Part shown: piece by piece, positions 12,910 through 24,734 of the stretch
Layout of the letters: each line of letters starts with the position of its first letter
Numbering within the stretch: position 1 is the first letter of the stretch
Source: Octopus vulgaris
Taxonomy: Eukaryota
NCBI GenBank assembly: GCA_951406725.2
Contig: OX597818.1
Location: 68,882,001 to 68,946,000, forward strand
Length of the DNA: 64,000 nucleotides
Direction of reading: 5' to 3'
Position numbers and translations under genes: made by a program
The notes under the pieces: model-generated
Database searches by the model: none
What the model saw: the letters and a program-made list of their open reading frames with translations, nothing else
Told to the model about the DNA's origin: nothing

Positions 12910-13150
12910 AGGAGGAGACTACACTTGCTAACATGGGTAGATGTGTGGATGTGTAGAGACAGATACCCATTCTCACCCTGTCAAATGCAAGCCATAAAAA
13001 TCTTATAATTCTATGATTTATGATGAGAAGATTAAGACAGCCCAATCTGTCATCACGACTACATTAAAATCAAAGGACGGAATACAAGAGGATTAGCTAT
13101 TGCAAATCTGTCACCAAGCAGGTGTCTTGAAAAGTGCCTGTTGGCCAGCC

Positions 13151-13188
<38 letters not shown>

Positions 13189-13191
<3 letters not shown>

Positions 13192-13758
13192 GAAGGACCG
13201 AGATCTCTGGATATATGCTTTGACTGCAAAGACCCGGGCTGCTTCCTGCACCAGTTCTGCATAGCCCCTGCACATTCAAAGTACCTTGGATCCCAGAACA
13301 TCCTGCTGTGCTTGAGGAGACCTGTTGAGTCAAGTACATGAACATCGAAATAAATATCAATGGAAATAGTAGTTGTGATACCTGTACCGGTGGCACATAA
13401 AAAGCACCATCTGAACGTGGCCATTGCCAGCGCCGCCTCGACTGGCTTCTGTGCCGGTGGCACATAAAAAGCACCATCAGAACGTGGCCGATGTCAGCAC
13501 CACCTTGGCTGGCTTCCATGCTAGTGGCATGTTAAAAGCACTAACCAATCGTGGCCGATGCCAGACTCCCCTAGCACCTGTGCCGGTGGCACGTAAAAAG
13601 CACCCACTACACTCGCGGAGTGGTTGGCGTTACGAAGGGCATCCAGCTGTAGAAACACTGCCAGATCAGACAGGAGCCTGGTGCAGCCCCTGGCTTCCCA
13701 GACCCCGGTCGAACCGTCCAACCCGTGCTAGCGTGGAAAACAGACGTTAAACGATGAT

Positions 13759-13760
<2 letters not shown>
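13189..13760 (+). mobile_element. Family B: 5'-truncated RTE-like LINE 3' end with four hairpin repeats
   Basis: Starts with DRDLWIYALTAKTR (RTE-type ORF end); four copies of GTGCCGGTGGCACRTAAAAAGCACC; GAAGGGCATCCAGCTGTAGAAAC; ends CGTTAAACGATGATGAT. Confidence 0.75.
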
Positions 13761-13796
<36 letters not shown>

Positions 13797-13799
13797 TAT

Positions 13800-13965
13800 A
13801 CAACAGTCTTCTTTCAGTTTCCGTCTACTAAATCCACTCTCAAGGGTTTGGTCTGCCCAAAGCTATAGTAGAAGACACTTGCTCAAGGTGCCATGCAGTG
13901 GGACTGAACCCAGAACCATGAGGTTAGGGAGCAAGCTTCTTACCACACAGCCACATTTGTACCTA
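13800..13965 (-). mobile_element. Family A SINE 5' half
   Basis: ctttcagtttccgtctac...gacacttgctcaaggtgccatgcagtgggactgaaccc...cttaccacacagccac. Confidence 0.8.
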
Positions 13966-14656
13966 TGTTCAAAATTCTGCTGATGAAATTCTACAAATAT
14001 TTCTCTGTTACTTTTCTTTGTTAAAATGAAATTCTACCGAAAACAAAAGACAATTGAGAAACATAATGTCAACTGGCACTGAGGAAGCCAATCGTTTCTT
14101 TTATGTCATGCTGTTAGCAGAAACATTAGAAACATTAGCTTCTCTTTCGTTAATTTACCAAATACAGGAAGGTATTCTTTAACGATTTCTTTTGTTTTTT
14201 TCTTTAATCAGAAAGAATCAATGTTCCGGTTTCCTCAACTGGTTTCCTCATTCCTTAGACTTTGTTTTTCCATTTTATTCTGTGGAGTTCTTGGTTCAAT
14301 GGTTGTGCCACTTTTCAAAACCAGCAGGAAACATGCAGTTTGTTCTGGACAAAACACAAAAAAAATTTTAACAATGTGGGTACCTTTTTGTGATTGTTTG
14401 ACTCACTAGAAATAACAGCCAAGTATCCTTCTGATCAGACAATAGTATCTTCAATAACAGAAGGACACATTAGGCAATGTAGTCCCTTGTATGCCTGCAA
14501 CATTGAAGAAGAAATCTCCCCTCAGTTTTAATGTAAATTATTGAACTTGCATAACGTGGGGGGCACATCATATATGTTGTTGCAAGGTGCTGCATGAGTG
14601 AAAATATAGAGGAAAGAGGGTTTGAAAATGCAGAGGTCTTTTAGAGATGTTTATTG

Positions 14657-14700
14657 ACTCGACCGGTTTCACTTTTTAAAAAAAAAAGATTATCAAAAGT
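14657..14700 (-). ncRNA. Minimal hammerhead-like motif, U3-A8 core (family H)
   Basis: ACTT TTGATAA T CTTTTT..AAAAAG T GAAA CCGG T C GAGT: palindromic helix III ACCGGT, GUC cleavage triplet, helix I ACTT/GAGT. Confidence 0.6.
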
Positions 14701-14814
14701 AAAATGTAAAGCTTTGTATAAGCTTTGTTGTGTTAAAAACTGGTTATCCCAATTGTATTAAAATACAGTCATACAGTCTTTGACAATGATAAGAGAATGT
14801 TAAGAAATGGAATC

Positions 14815-15044
14815 TTTGACAATGACAAGAGACTGTTAACTGGGGCTTTTTGTTTAAACTGTTTATATGAAAGTGTTCAAAATAGGTTGTAAATTTGTAA
14901 TTATTTAAAGTTCATGCCTTCCATACAACCATAATTTTTTATGAAATTAAAGTAATCATAAATTTATTTCACTACCTATTTTGAAAACTTTCATATGAAC
15001 TGTTTAAACAAAAAGCCCCACTTAGCATTTTCTTATCATTGTCA

Positions 15045-15046
<2 letters not shown>
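14815..15046. repeat. Imperfect ~100 bp inverted repeat
   Basis: tttgacaatgacaagag...tggggctttttgtttaaac...caaaatagg versus cctattttg...gtttaaacaaaaagcccca...tcttatcattgtcaaa. Confidence 0.8.
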
Positions 15047-15075
<29 letters not shown>

Positions 15076-15229
15076 CATTCAATTAATGAAGGATAAAACC
15101 ATTTGATGATTCTATTAAGTGGCCAGCATTTTAACTCCATTCATGTAAATATTTATATTGATATATAATTATATAGATATAATTATAGCACCCTTTTGCT
15201 ATAATTCTATCTTTATAATTATATATCAG

Positions 15230-15571
15230 TGAAGGCGCATGGCTCAGTGGTTAGAGCGTCGAGCTTACGATCGTGAGGTTGTGAGCTCGAATCCCGGACC
15301 GGGCTGCGTGTTGTGTTCTCGAGCAAGGCACTTTATTTCACGTTGCTCCAGTTCACTCAGCTGTAGAAATGAGTTGCGACGTCACAGGTACCAAGCTGTA
15401 TCGACCTTTGTCTTTCCCTTGGATAACACTGGTGGCGTGGAGAGGGGAGGCTGGTATGCATGGGCGACTGCTAGCCTTCCATAAACAACCTTGCCCGGAC
15501 TTGTGTCTAGGAGGGTAACTTTCTAGGTGCAATCCCATGGTCATTCATGACCGAAGGGGGTCTTTACCCTT
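15230..15571 (+). mobile_element. Full-length tRNA-derived SINE family D (CORE-like), tail type 1, with 14 bp TSD
   Basis: A-box TGGCTCAGTGG, B-box GAGCTCGAATCCC, CpGs retained; TAATTATATATCAG duplicated at 15216-15229 and 15572-15585. Confidence 0.9.
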
Positions 15572-15591
15572 TAATTATATATCAGAATATA

Positions 15592-15644
<53 letters not shown>

Positions 15645-15654
15645 GTATTATGTG

Positions 15655-15880
15655 AGTGTCTTTGTGTCTGTGTTTGTTCCCCCACCATCACTTGATGACC
15701 AATGTTGATGTGTTTACATCCCCATAACTTAGCAGTTTGGCAAAAGAGTTCAATAGAATAAGCACTAGGTTTACAAAGATTTAGTCCTGGGGTCGATTTC
15801 TTCAACTAAAACCCTTTAAGATGGTGCTACAGCATGGTCACAGTCAAATCACTGAAACAAGTTAAAGGAGAAAAGAATAT
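15655..15880 (+). mobile_element. Family A SINE 3' half
   Basis: tgtgtctgtgtttgttccccc...aacttagcagtttggcaaaagag...cctggggtcgattt...cagcatggtcacagtc. Confidence 0.8.
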
Positions 15881-15901
15881 ACATATGTGTGTGTGTATAT
15901 A

Positions 15902-16467
15902 TTGGGTTGTCCAGAAAGTTTGTGCTGATTTTTGGTAGCTTACATTTTGACTTATTTTAGAACATGGTTGAGTCCATAAAATAGGATTTGACTCCACCTC
16001 CATTTAGAACACAGTTTAAGCTATCTTTTCGTGGAAGAAGGTTTATGTTCCTATAACCTGTGTTAATTCTGTAACCCTTTAAAATGGAAGATAAGAAAGT
16101 TCCTTTTCAGTACTTGATGCTTTGGGAACCAGACAAAAATTGGTGCAGCTTGGCTAGGGATGTGTTACTCCACCCTCCATATTCTCCAGATATTGCTCCT
16201 TCAGATTTCCACTTATTCAGGTCTCTGCAGAATAGTCTTAATGGTAAAAATTTCAATTCCTTGGATGACGTAAAAAGATACCTTGATGAATTCATTGCCA
16301 TGAAACCACCTCAATTCTGGAAAGAGGGTATTTTCAAGTTAAAGGAAAGATAGAGACGCATTGTGCAACAAAATGGTTCATATTTGGTTGATTAAAAATG
16401 TAATGGCAAGTATTTATTGATCTTTTTCTTTCCTTTAAATATGGCATGATCTTTCCAGACAACCCAC
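15902..16467 (+). mobile_element. Internally deleted mariner transposon
   Basis: TA + TIR TTGGGTTGTCCAGAAAG and CTTTCCAGACAACCCA; transposase start MEDKKVPFQYLML joined to HPPYSPDIAPSDFHLFRSLQNSL...GIFKLKER*RRIVQQNGSY. Confidence 0.92.
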
Positions 16468-16701
16468 TGTTTACATACACCCATACATACACTCACACAT
16501 ACGCAGTAGCACACCTATACATGCACTCATACACACACATGAACACACACAGATGCACGAAGGTGGGGACACTCAAAAGAATTCATCTAACCCCAAAAGT
16601 CTCTTAATTCTTTCTTCAGCAAAACGTTCTTCACAATATACACACCTGTCAACTCACAGCTGGTCACTTTCCAAATATATTGAAAGGACATTCAAAGCAG
16701 T

Positions 16702-16736
<35 letters not shown>

Positions 16737-17145
16737 CACACAGGTAGACATAAAACCCATTCAATAAATGCTTTTTAGCCACTCCCTTGACAGGAACACA
16801 CAAAGATTTCTTTTAGACAATAGACACTCCTTCTCTCACTCTCTAACACTTTGAAATCTATACCAAACTATATTCAAAGAAGACTTCAAAGAAAAACCTC
16901 CAGACATATCTTGACCCCCCAGACAGAAGACAGACTTCAAATTTTTATAAAATTTTGCTGATATTTGATGAGATACATTGAAACTGGTAATTCTTTCGAT
17001 TAGGATTTTTAATCATTTTTATTGAATTCCCTCTTAAATTGAAATGTCTTAGACTTACTTCTGTGTTATTTCCACGTCCATCTTTTATATCTAAAAATTC
17101 GATTTCTATACATCTCTAATCTTTTTTCAACAATATATTTATATA

Positions 17146-17530
17146 GGCGCAGGAGTTACTGTGTGGTAAGAAGCTTGCTTCCCAACCACATGGTTCCAGG
17201 TTTGGTCCCACTGCATGGAACCTTGGGGAAGTGTCTTCTACCATAGCCTTGTGAGGGGATTTGATAGATGGAAACTGAAAGAAGCCCATTGTATATATAT
17301 ATGTAAGTATATGTATGTGTGTGTTTGTTATTTGTGTCTGCGTTTGTCCTCTTATCGTTGCTTGACAACTGATGTCAGTGAGTTTATGTCCCTGTTACAT
17401 GGCAGTTCAGCAAAACAGACTGATAAAATAAGTACTAGGATTACCAAGAATAAGTCTTGGGGTTGATTTGTTTGGCTAAAGGTGCTTCTTTAGCATGGCC
17501 ACAGTCAAATGACAGGAAAAAGTAAAAGAA

Positions 17531-17533
<3 letters not shown>
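17146..17533 (+). mobile_element. Full-length family A SINE
   Basis: GGCGCAGGAG...TGTGTGGTAAG head, B-box-like ggtttggtccc, internal TA/TG tract, conserved 3' half. Confidence 0.88.
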
Positions 17534-17566
<33 letters not shown>

Positions 17567-17589
17567 TTGCCATTACATATATATATATA

Positions 17590-17745
17590 TATCATCATCA
17601 TCATCACCACCATCATCGTGTGACATTTGCTTTTTCGCTTTCCATGCTGGCATGGGTTGGACGGTTTGACTGAGGACACCTGGATGCCCTTCCTGATGCC
17701 AACTACTCCAAGAGTGTAGTGGGTGCTTTTTACATGCCACTGGCA
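17590..17745 (-). mobile_element. Family B 3' fragment
   Basis: (CAT)n, then ccatgctggcatgggttggacgg...ctggatgcccttcctgatgccaac. Confidence 0.8.
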
Positions 17746-17761
17746 TATATATATATATATG

Positions 17762-17816
<55 letters not shown>

Positions 17817-17829
17817 ATATATATATTTA

Positions 17830-17876
<47 letters not shown>

Positions 17877-17879
<3 letters not shown>

Positions 17880-18450
17880 GACCTTTGGAAATATGCTGTG
17901 TTTGAGAGGACCCGGCAAGCCAAATAAGACCATAACCTCGTGGCCTGTGCCAGGGGTGTAACCAGCCCACTTGTGCGTACCTTTTCCTTCTTTGGACACT
18001 AAACTCTGCTTGCGAAGACCTGTTGAGGCAAGTGAAATCAAAATCAAAATCAAAGTGAAATTCGATGATGGGCACGAGCACCAAACGAGCATGATTGTTG
18101 CCAGAGCGGCTAACTGGCTTCCGTGCCAGTGGCGTGTAGGAGGCACCATTTGAGCGTGATCGTTACCAGCATTGCATTACTGGCACCTGTGTCATTGGCA
18201 TGTAGAAAAAAATTCGAGCGAGGTCATTGCCAGTACCACCTCACTGGCCCCCATGCCAGAGGCATGTAAAAGCACCCACTACACTCTCGGAGTGATTGGC
18301 ATTTGGAAGGGAATCCAGCTGTAGAAACTCTGCCAGATTAAGACTGGAGCCTGGTGCAGCCATCTGGTTCGCCAGCCCACAGTCAAACCATCCAACCCAT
18401 GCTAGCATGGAAAGCGGACGTTAAACGACGACGACGATGATGATGATGAT
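17877..18450 (+). mobile_element. Family B RTE-like LINE 3' end
   Basis: [16 protein letters not shown] followed by a UTR with hairpin repeats and a GAC/GAT tail. Confidence 0.8.
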
Positions 18451-20240
18451 ATAAACTCTATATATCTCTATATATAATAAATTCTATATATCTAATGAAG
18501 TCATTAAGTTGTATACTTAAACCACAATAGGTTTTAAAGATTTGGTAATTTCCATATCTATTCCTGCAAGAATTCTACTCCACCTAATCCTTTTTCAATA
18601 TTATAAGTATTACCTCTAATAAGCTTAAATTATTATACCCCATATAACTACACATCACTCTTAATACTAAATTAAAATATTTCTATTTTAGTAACTTACA
18701 TTTTGGTTACCTCCCTTCCATTGTATTTTAAAGATTTTGGTATGTAAGTCAATGCCTTATTTACTGAGAATCTCCTCTTAAAAGATCTTCTAAATCCCCT
18801 TAATTAATATTCAAAACCTGATAAAGAATAGATAATAATATCTAAGTTACTTGGTTTCTATTTCTCTAAAACAACTCTACCCTCATGATCTTTGTATGTA
18901 TTAGAAAGCTTTATGAATTGGTACTTATAAAATGGTCTTTACTTATTTATAAATAAGTAAATAACAGTCTTTAAGTACCAATTAATAATTATAAATTATC
19001 ATATAAGGAATAATAATAACTTTTTCTTAAATCTATAATAGAACCCAAAATTTTATAAAAGTTTTGTTAATAATATAATTTTTGTCCAATAACTTGATCA
19101 TCGCTTTACCCGACGTTAAACACCAGTCATTTATAGATATTCTCATGATAAGTAAATATAAATTTTAGTCTAAAAATTATAGAATTATAAGAGAATTTCT
19201 TCTAGCAACTTACCGCACCTATTAATACAAATAAGCTAGTTATATCTCATAATAAGTTTTTAGAACACAAATCTGTTCTACCCCTTGTCTATAATATTCT
19301 ACAGGAATTTATATTTATTTTTCATTATACTCATTTTAATTTTAAACCATTTTTCTTACTTATTTACCCGCTATATCATTTTATTGATAATACCTTTCTA
19401 TAGAGTTCACACTCAACCTATACAGAACCATACTGATATATTTCACTCTCTATTTTATAATACAAGAAATATATTCTAAGATTATTAGCATATAGAAAAT
19501 ATATGAAATTTTTAACATATTCCTTTAATTTAACCAAAAATTACTATTTAATTATTAACTATAAATATATGTTAAGTTAGTATAGAAATATATAAATATG
19601 GAATTATTTCTATATTCTCCATCCCTCTATTGTATAAAATACTGAAAATATTCTGACTTCTTGTGAAAAAAACTCTCTAAAATGTACCTATGTATTTCGA
19701 ATTATCATTGGGTTTATGGCTGTCAAATAGTTAAGTATTATAAGTTTTACTCTCCCTTCCCCCATCAGCTTTAGTCTGCAAATTTTGGCTAAAACATATT
19801 CTTACTGAACCCCAATGGTTTCTACTTCAAAGGGATCTTGATTTATGACTCTGCCAATTAAACTGACTTTTTACTCTATCCATAAAAGATAGATTCTAGT
19901 TTCCATTAAACTTGATAAACTAGTCTATAAATTTATACCCCACCCCCATCAGTAATAAATCTAAATAACAAAGTAAAACCAATGCTAAGCAGTGTCTTCC
20001 TGTGAAAAATCTCAGTTACAACTATGATGTTGTTGATGAAACATGCTCTTTGTCTATCTACTTATCCTCTTTGTGATTTTGGATAATAAGAAAACTATAC
20101 AAATGAATCCTTTGAATTTAACTAAATTCTATATTCTTATGCAGCTGAAGATTGCTGTAATTATTTGCATTGTTCAATTAAATGGAGTCACATGAAACGA
20201 TCGTACTGCATTACCTCTGTCTCTCCTTGTTGCTTATTTC

Positions 20241-20281
<41 letters not shown>

Positions 20282-20350
20282 TAACTAAGATGTACAGCTG
20301 TCAATTCATTACTGCTGTTTCAAGTGACTCCTTTAATTGATTAATCAAAA

Positions 20351-21845
20351 TGTCACATCAATCACAAAGAAATCATTTTTCATCAAATGACTCCCAGCAG
20401 AAAGGACAAACCAACTGATTTAACATATATCACCAACGGAGCTCAAATATTTACATTCATTCTGTTGCCTTTTCTGTAGCCAAATGTGTTTAGAAAAATA
20501 CTCCATGTAGTGCTGAATCTACTAGAATTTAGAGGTTTTAGTGGGGCGGGGGGACATTCAAGTAGACTTTCTGTACAAAATTAAAAATATTTTTCTTAAG
20601 CTTTATAAATTTTTATATTCTATATTTTAATATTTTATGCCTTTATATACATTTTAATATATTTTTATGGTTTTTATATTTTATATTATTACATATTTTT
20701 TAATTACACATTATGTCTTACAAATTCTTATATTTTATTTTTATAATTTTATACCTTAATATATCCTTTATATATTTGTATGGTTTTATAGCTTATAAAT
20801 TCATAGCAATATTTTTTGCAAAATTCACCATATACTGTAATCTTATTTTATTATATTTTTTAATTATACATAATATTCATTTTGTGATTATAGGACGAAA
20901 TTTGTTTAAATCTTTTATCTGAATGTATTTCTTTATATAATTAATATCTCTAATTTACTTATCCTGTACAATAGATCTCATTTCTTACTATATCCTATCT
21001 TTATCCACCCAAATTTAATGGGAATGGTTTTAATATCAGTTTAATTGCATACTATGAATATCTATTCATATCATAAATATTTCCGTTATACACTCATCCA
21101 GGATATTCTATACACTACATTTATGAAAAATCTTAATATTTCTCTTATTGTTTGAAGTGTCCCTTATTAAAATTTTCAAGTGTAACTTCTCGACTTCATC
21201 TGTATATTTAATTACATTAATGACATTATGCCAAGTTGCAATGTGCCCCTTCCCTTATTCTCTGTACTTGTCTTCCACCCCTAATTTCTAATACTTATTC
21301 CTTTAGTTTGTTTTTTTACCTTTAAGATGACAATCAAATTTAAATATTATTAGCTTTTCCTATCCTTCTTTCTTCCAACTATCACCCCTTCTCCATCTGG
21401 CATTCCCCACTCTTTTGCCACCCAAGCCTTACCCTTTGGTGTAGAAGACAGTTGGATATAAGGTTCCAGTTCTTAGTCAGGTAGGTTGTCATGATATTAA
21501 TTAATTTATCACCTTTGTCTAGAATACAGCTACAACTCCCAACAGATTTAATTTTGAATGGTTGAAGGTTACATTTCCCCCATTGTCTTTGAAGTGTATG
21601 TAACTAGGTCACCACTCTCAATTATTCCTCCCACTCCACCCTCTAAGACCTCTAAATCCTAGTAGATTCAGCACTACATGGACTATTTTTTCTAAAGTCA
21701 TTCGGCCAAAGAAATGGCAACAGAATCAATGTAAATATTTGAGCTCGTTTGGTGATATGAATATGTTAAATCAGTTGGTTTGTCGTTTGCATTTGAAGTC
21801 TGTGCAGTCATCTGATGAAAAAGGCTTCTTTGCAATGAGGTGTCA
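20351..21845. repeat. About 200 bp inverted repeats flanking a ~1.07 kb AT-rich spacer (candidate long-TIR DNA element)
   Basis: 20351-20552 is the reverse complement of 21627-21845, e.g. ccatgtagtgctgaatctactag / ctagtagattcagcactacatgg and gagctcaaatatttacatt / aatgtaaatatttgagctc. Confidence 0.8.
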
Positions 21846-23481
21846 GCAGTCTAACCTAGCGCCACCGTATTTTAGTCAGCACCAGGAAACGTTGACCTGC
21901 AACAACATTCCACTCTGCCATGTGTCACTGCATTTGCAACAAACTGATGTCACTTCCAAATCAATAACACCACGTGATTTGAGTTGACCAATCAAGTCCT
22001 AACATCTAGAAGCCATCTTGAACCCGTCTCATTTCCTGTTGCTTGATCCCCAAATTCTTGACAATCTGGGTTCGTTCTACAAGCTTATGAAACTTTAATT
22101 TGCTTGGAGCTGAGTCAGATTGTTAATAAATAACCTGTGTGTCTGTCCTTGATTTGACATCATGAAACACTTTCAAACATGTGTCACAGTCATAGAAATG
22201 GCCCTTTTTTTTATTATTTGTAATCTAACCTAAAAATTTCTGGCCATGAAGAAATATTATCTTGCTTGGAAACAGGAATGGCATTTAACCCTAGAAAATC
22301 TGCATCAACAAACGTTGTCTAATCCAATACAAGCCTATAAAGGTGGGCTTTAAAGCAATGATGACTATGAAGATAAGGGTTAGGTGTATTTGTGTGTGTG
22401 TGTACACATATGCAATAGGCTTCCATACAGTTTCCATCTACCAATTCCTCTCATAAGGCATTATTCAGTCTTGAGCTATAGTGGAAGACAGACACTTATC
22501 TAATGTGCTGTGAGATGGAACTGAAACTGAAACCTTGTATTTGCAGTGTAAACTTCTTAACCGCACAGTCATCCCTGTAACAACATCAAACTCTAATCAT
22601 TCTATATCTTTGATTCCAATTATGTTTTGTCTGCTAATATTTACTAGAAATATACTGATATACCAAACTTGGAAATGCTATTGTAGCTGTGATTTGAAAC
22701 CTAACCACTAGATTCTCAGTCATACACCACAGGTGAACCACCATAATTTCATGTGATCGATCTATTAATCAACCAATCAGCATGAGACTGTGGTGTCATA
22801 AGGTTTTTCTCCAATGCTCTTCTCGTCCCCCATAAAAACTATTTTGGCACTCTATTAATCGCAGAGAGTTGAAGGCAGTTTACTGGCTCACACCTCCATT
22901 CTTGCTTGACAGATAGCTCTGGACACTTATGTAGACAACTCTAGGTTCTTGGACAAACCCATTCTGAACATTCACGCAATATCTCATAAGTAACTTTGTG
23001 TCAGCAATGTGGTTTTTTTTCCCCTTTTATTTCTCATTCAGCAGTTATTAATGATGTTTATTGTAAATAGCAATCACCAAATATCTTTATGTCTGGTCAT
23101 AAATATTTCTGTTGAACGTTTGCAAGTTTGCATCTGTTATTTTCACAGCCAATGAAACACAGCTCCATTTCTCCACTCCACGAGCAACCAAGCGTCCAGT
23201 ATTGAATACTAGAAGTAGTATGGACAGCAGAAATAAGATTTAACTCTGAGGACTTTGTTTAAAAGGAGGAGGACTTACATATTTCACTGTGTTAGGCCTT
23301 GGAAGAAGGAGTGAAGGAGATGCAAGCACATAACCTATATTTTTATGGGGCAATGGAAATGTTTTGCACATCCTCCTGAAAAACTTAATTGCAAGAAAAA
23401 CGAACATAGAAACATATTTGAACTGATTTGAAACAATACTTTTCCATTATTATTAGATTAATTTGATTTGATTGATGGACA

Positions 23482-23495
23482 AATATAATAATAAT

Positions 23496-23565
<70 letters not shown>

Positions 23566-23570
23566 TTAAC

Positions 23571-23598
<28 letters not shown>
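23482..23598 (+). repeat. (AAT)n/(AAC)n microsatellite, left flank of the Dong-like insertion
   Basis: Direct reading. Confidence 0.95.
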
Positions 23599-23601
<3 letters not shown>

Positions 23602-24282
23602 CGAAGCTCAGGGCTAAAAGCAGAGAGCGAAGGTTTCATCCTGGCTGCTCAAGATCAAAGCCTATTAACCCGGAACTACCAGGCCAATGTGATGAAAAAT
23701 GGAGCAGACCCAAAATGCCAATTCTGCAACGACATGATTGAAACAGTGGACCACCTAATCTCTGGATGTAAAGTCTTAGCACCAGTGGAGTATAAATTAA
23801 GACATGACAGAGTTGGCCAATATCTACACTGGCTAATAAGTCAGCATTACAATATCAAAACTGCCGACAAGTGGTATAATCACCACCCTGAAGCTGTAAC
23901 TGAAGGAGAAAATGTAACCATTCTGTGGGACTTTCCAGTACATACAGACCGAACCATCAAGGCCAATAAACCAGATATTGTTGTGAAAGACCAAAACAAT
24001 AAAGTTTGCTTATTGATCGACATGAGCATCCCCTGTGATCATAATATCTCAGCGAAAGAGTTTGACAAGCTCAGAAAATATAAAAACCTACTCATTGAAA
24101 CTGAGAAAATGTGGCATCTCAAGGCGGTTACAATACCAGTGATCGTAGGAGCACTAGGAATGATCAAGAAGGGAACCGAAAATCATATGAGAATGATCCC
24201 TGGCTTACCATCCCTGCAAGAAGTGCAAAAGATTGTCTTAACTGGTACATCACACGTATTGAGAAGAGCATTGTCGATGTGA
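23599..24282 (+). pseudogene. C-terminal CCHC zinc knuckle and PD-(D/E)xK restriction-like endonuclease of an R4-clade retrotransposon ORF (uninterrupted but 5'-truncated)
   Basis: EGFILAAQDQSL...CQFC...HLISGC...RHD...WYNHHP...ILWDF...NKPDIV...IDMSIP...KLRKY...VIVGALG...QKIVLTGT. Confidence 0.9.
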
Positions 24283-24452
24283 GAACTGTTGCTGCTCATG
24301 TATTTTAATATAACTTAAAAAAAAAAAAAAAATGAACGAACTATTGAGTTTGGTTTAATGGCCTACCAATGTATACTATGAGTTTCTTTGCCCTAGGAGT
24401 CGGGAAGACACTCGGCAAGAAATGGAAGCAAATTTGAAAGAAGGAAAAAAAA
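23599..24452 (+). mobile_element. 5'-truncated R4/Dong-like non-LTR retrotransposon inserted in (TAA)n
   Basis: Open frame 23599-24282, then a ~170 bp 3' UTR ending in an A-rich stretch; TAA repeats on both sides. Confidence 0.93.
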
Positions 24453-24511
24453 GTAATAATAATAATAATATTAATAATAATAATAATATTAATAATAATA
24501 ATAATAATAAT

Positions 24512-24542
<31 letters not shown>

Positions 24543-24553
24543 ATAATAATAAT

Positions 24554-24584
<31 letters not shown>

Positions 24585-24595
24585 ATAATAATAAT

Positions 24596-24638
<43 letters not shown>

Positions 24639-24652
24639 TTAATAATAATAAT

Positions 24653-24683
<31 letters not shown>

Positions 24684-24694
24684 ATAATAATAAT

Positions 24695-24733
<39 letters not shown>
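24453..24733 (+). repeat. Long (TAA)n with recurrent TATT interruptions
   Basis: Direct reading. Confidence 0.95.

Positions 24734-24734
<1 letters not shown>

Noticed and set aside
13381-13610. CRISPR-like repeat/spacer pattern with palindromic repeats
   Set aside because: The spacers are homologous to each other, the array is part of a dispersed retroposon UTR, there are no cas genes, and the context is eukaryotic.
15233-15305. tRNA-like sequences (also 59775-59845 and 52210-52280)
   Set aside because: No proper acceptor stem; they continue into SINE bodies, so they are SINE heads and not tRNA genes.
23689-24282. Longest complex ORF as a possible host gene
   Set aside because: It is the truncated end of a retrotransposon ORF with no start context or RT domain; there is no evidence of domestication.
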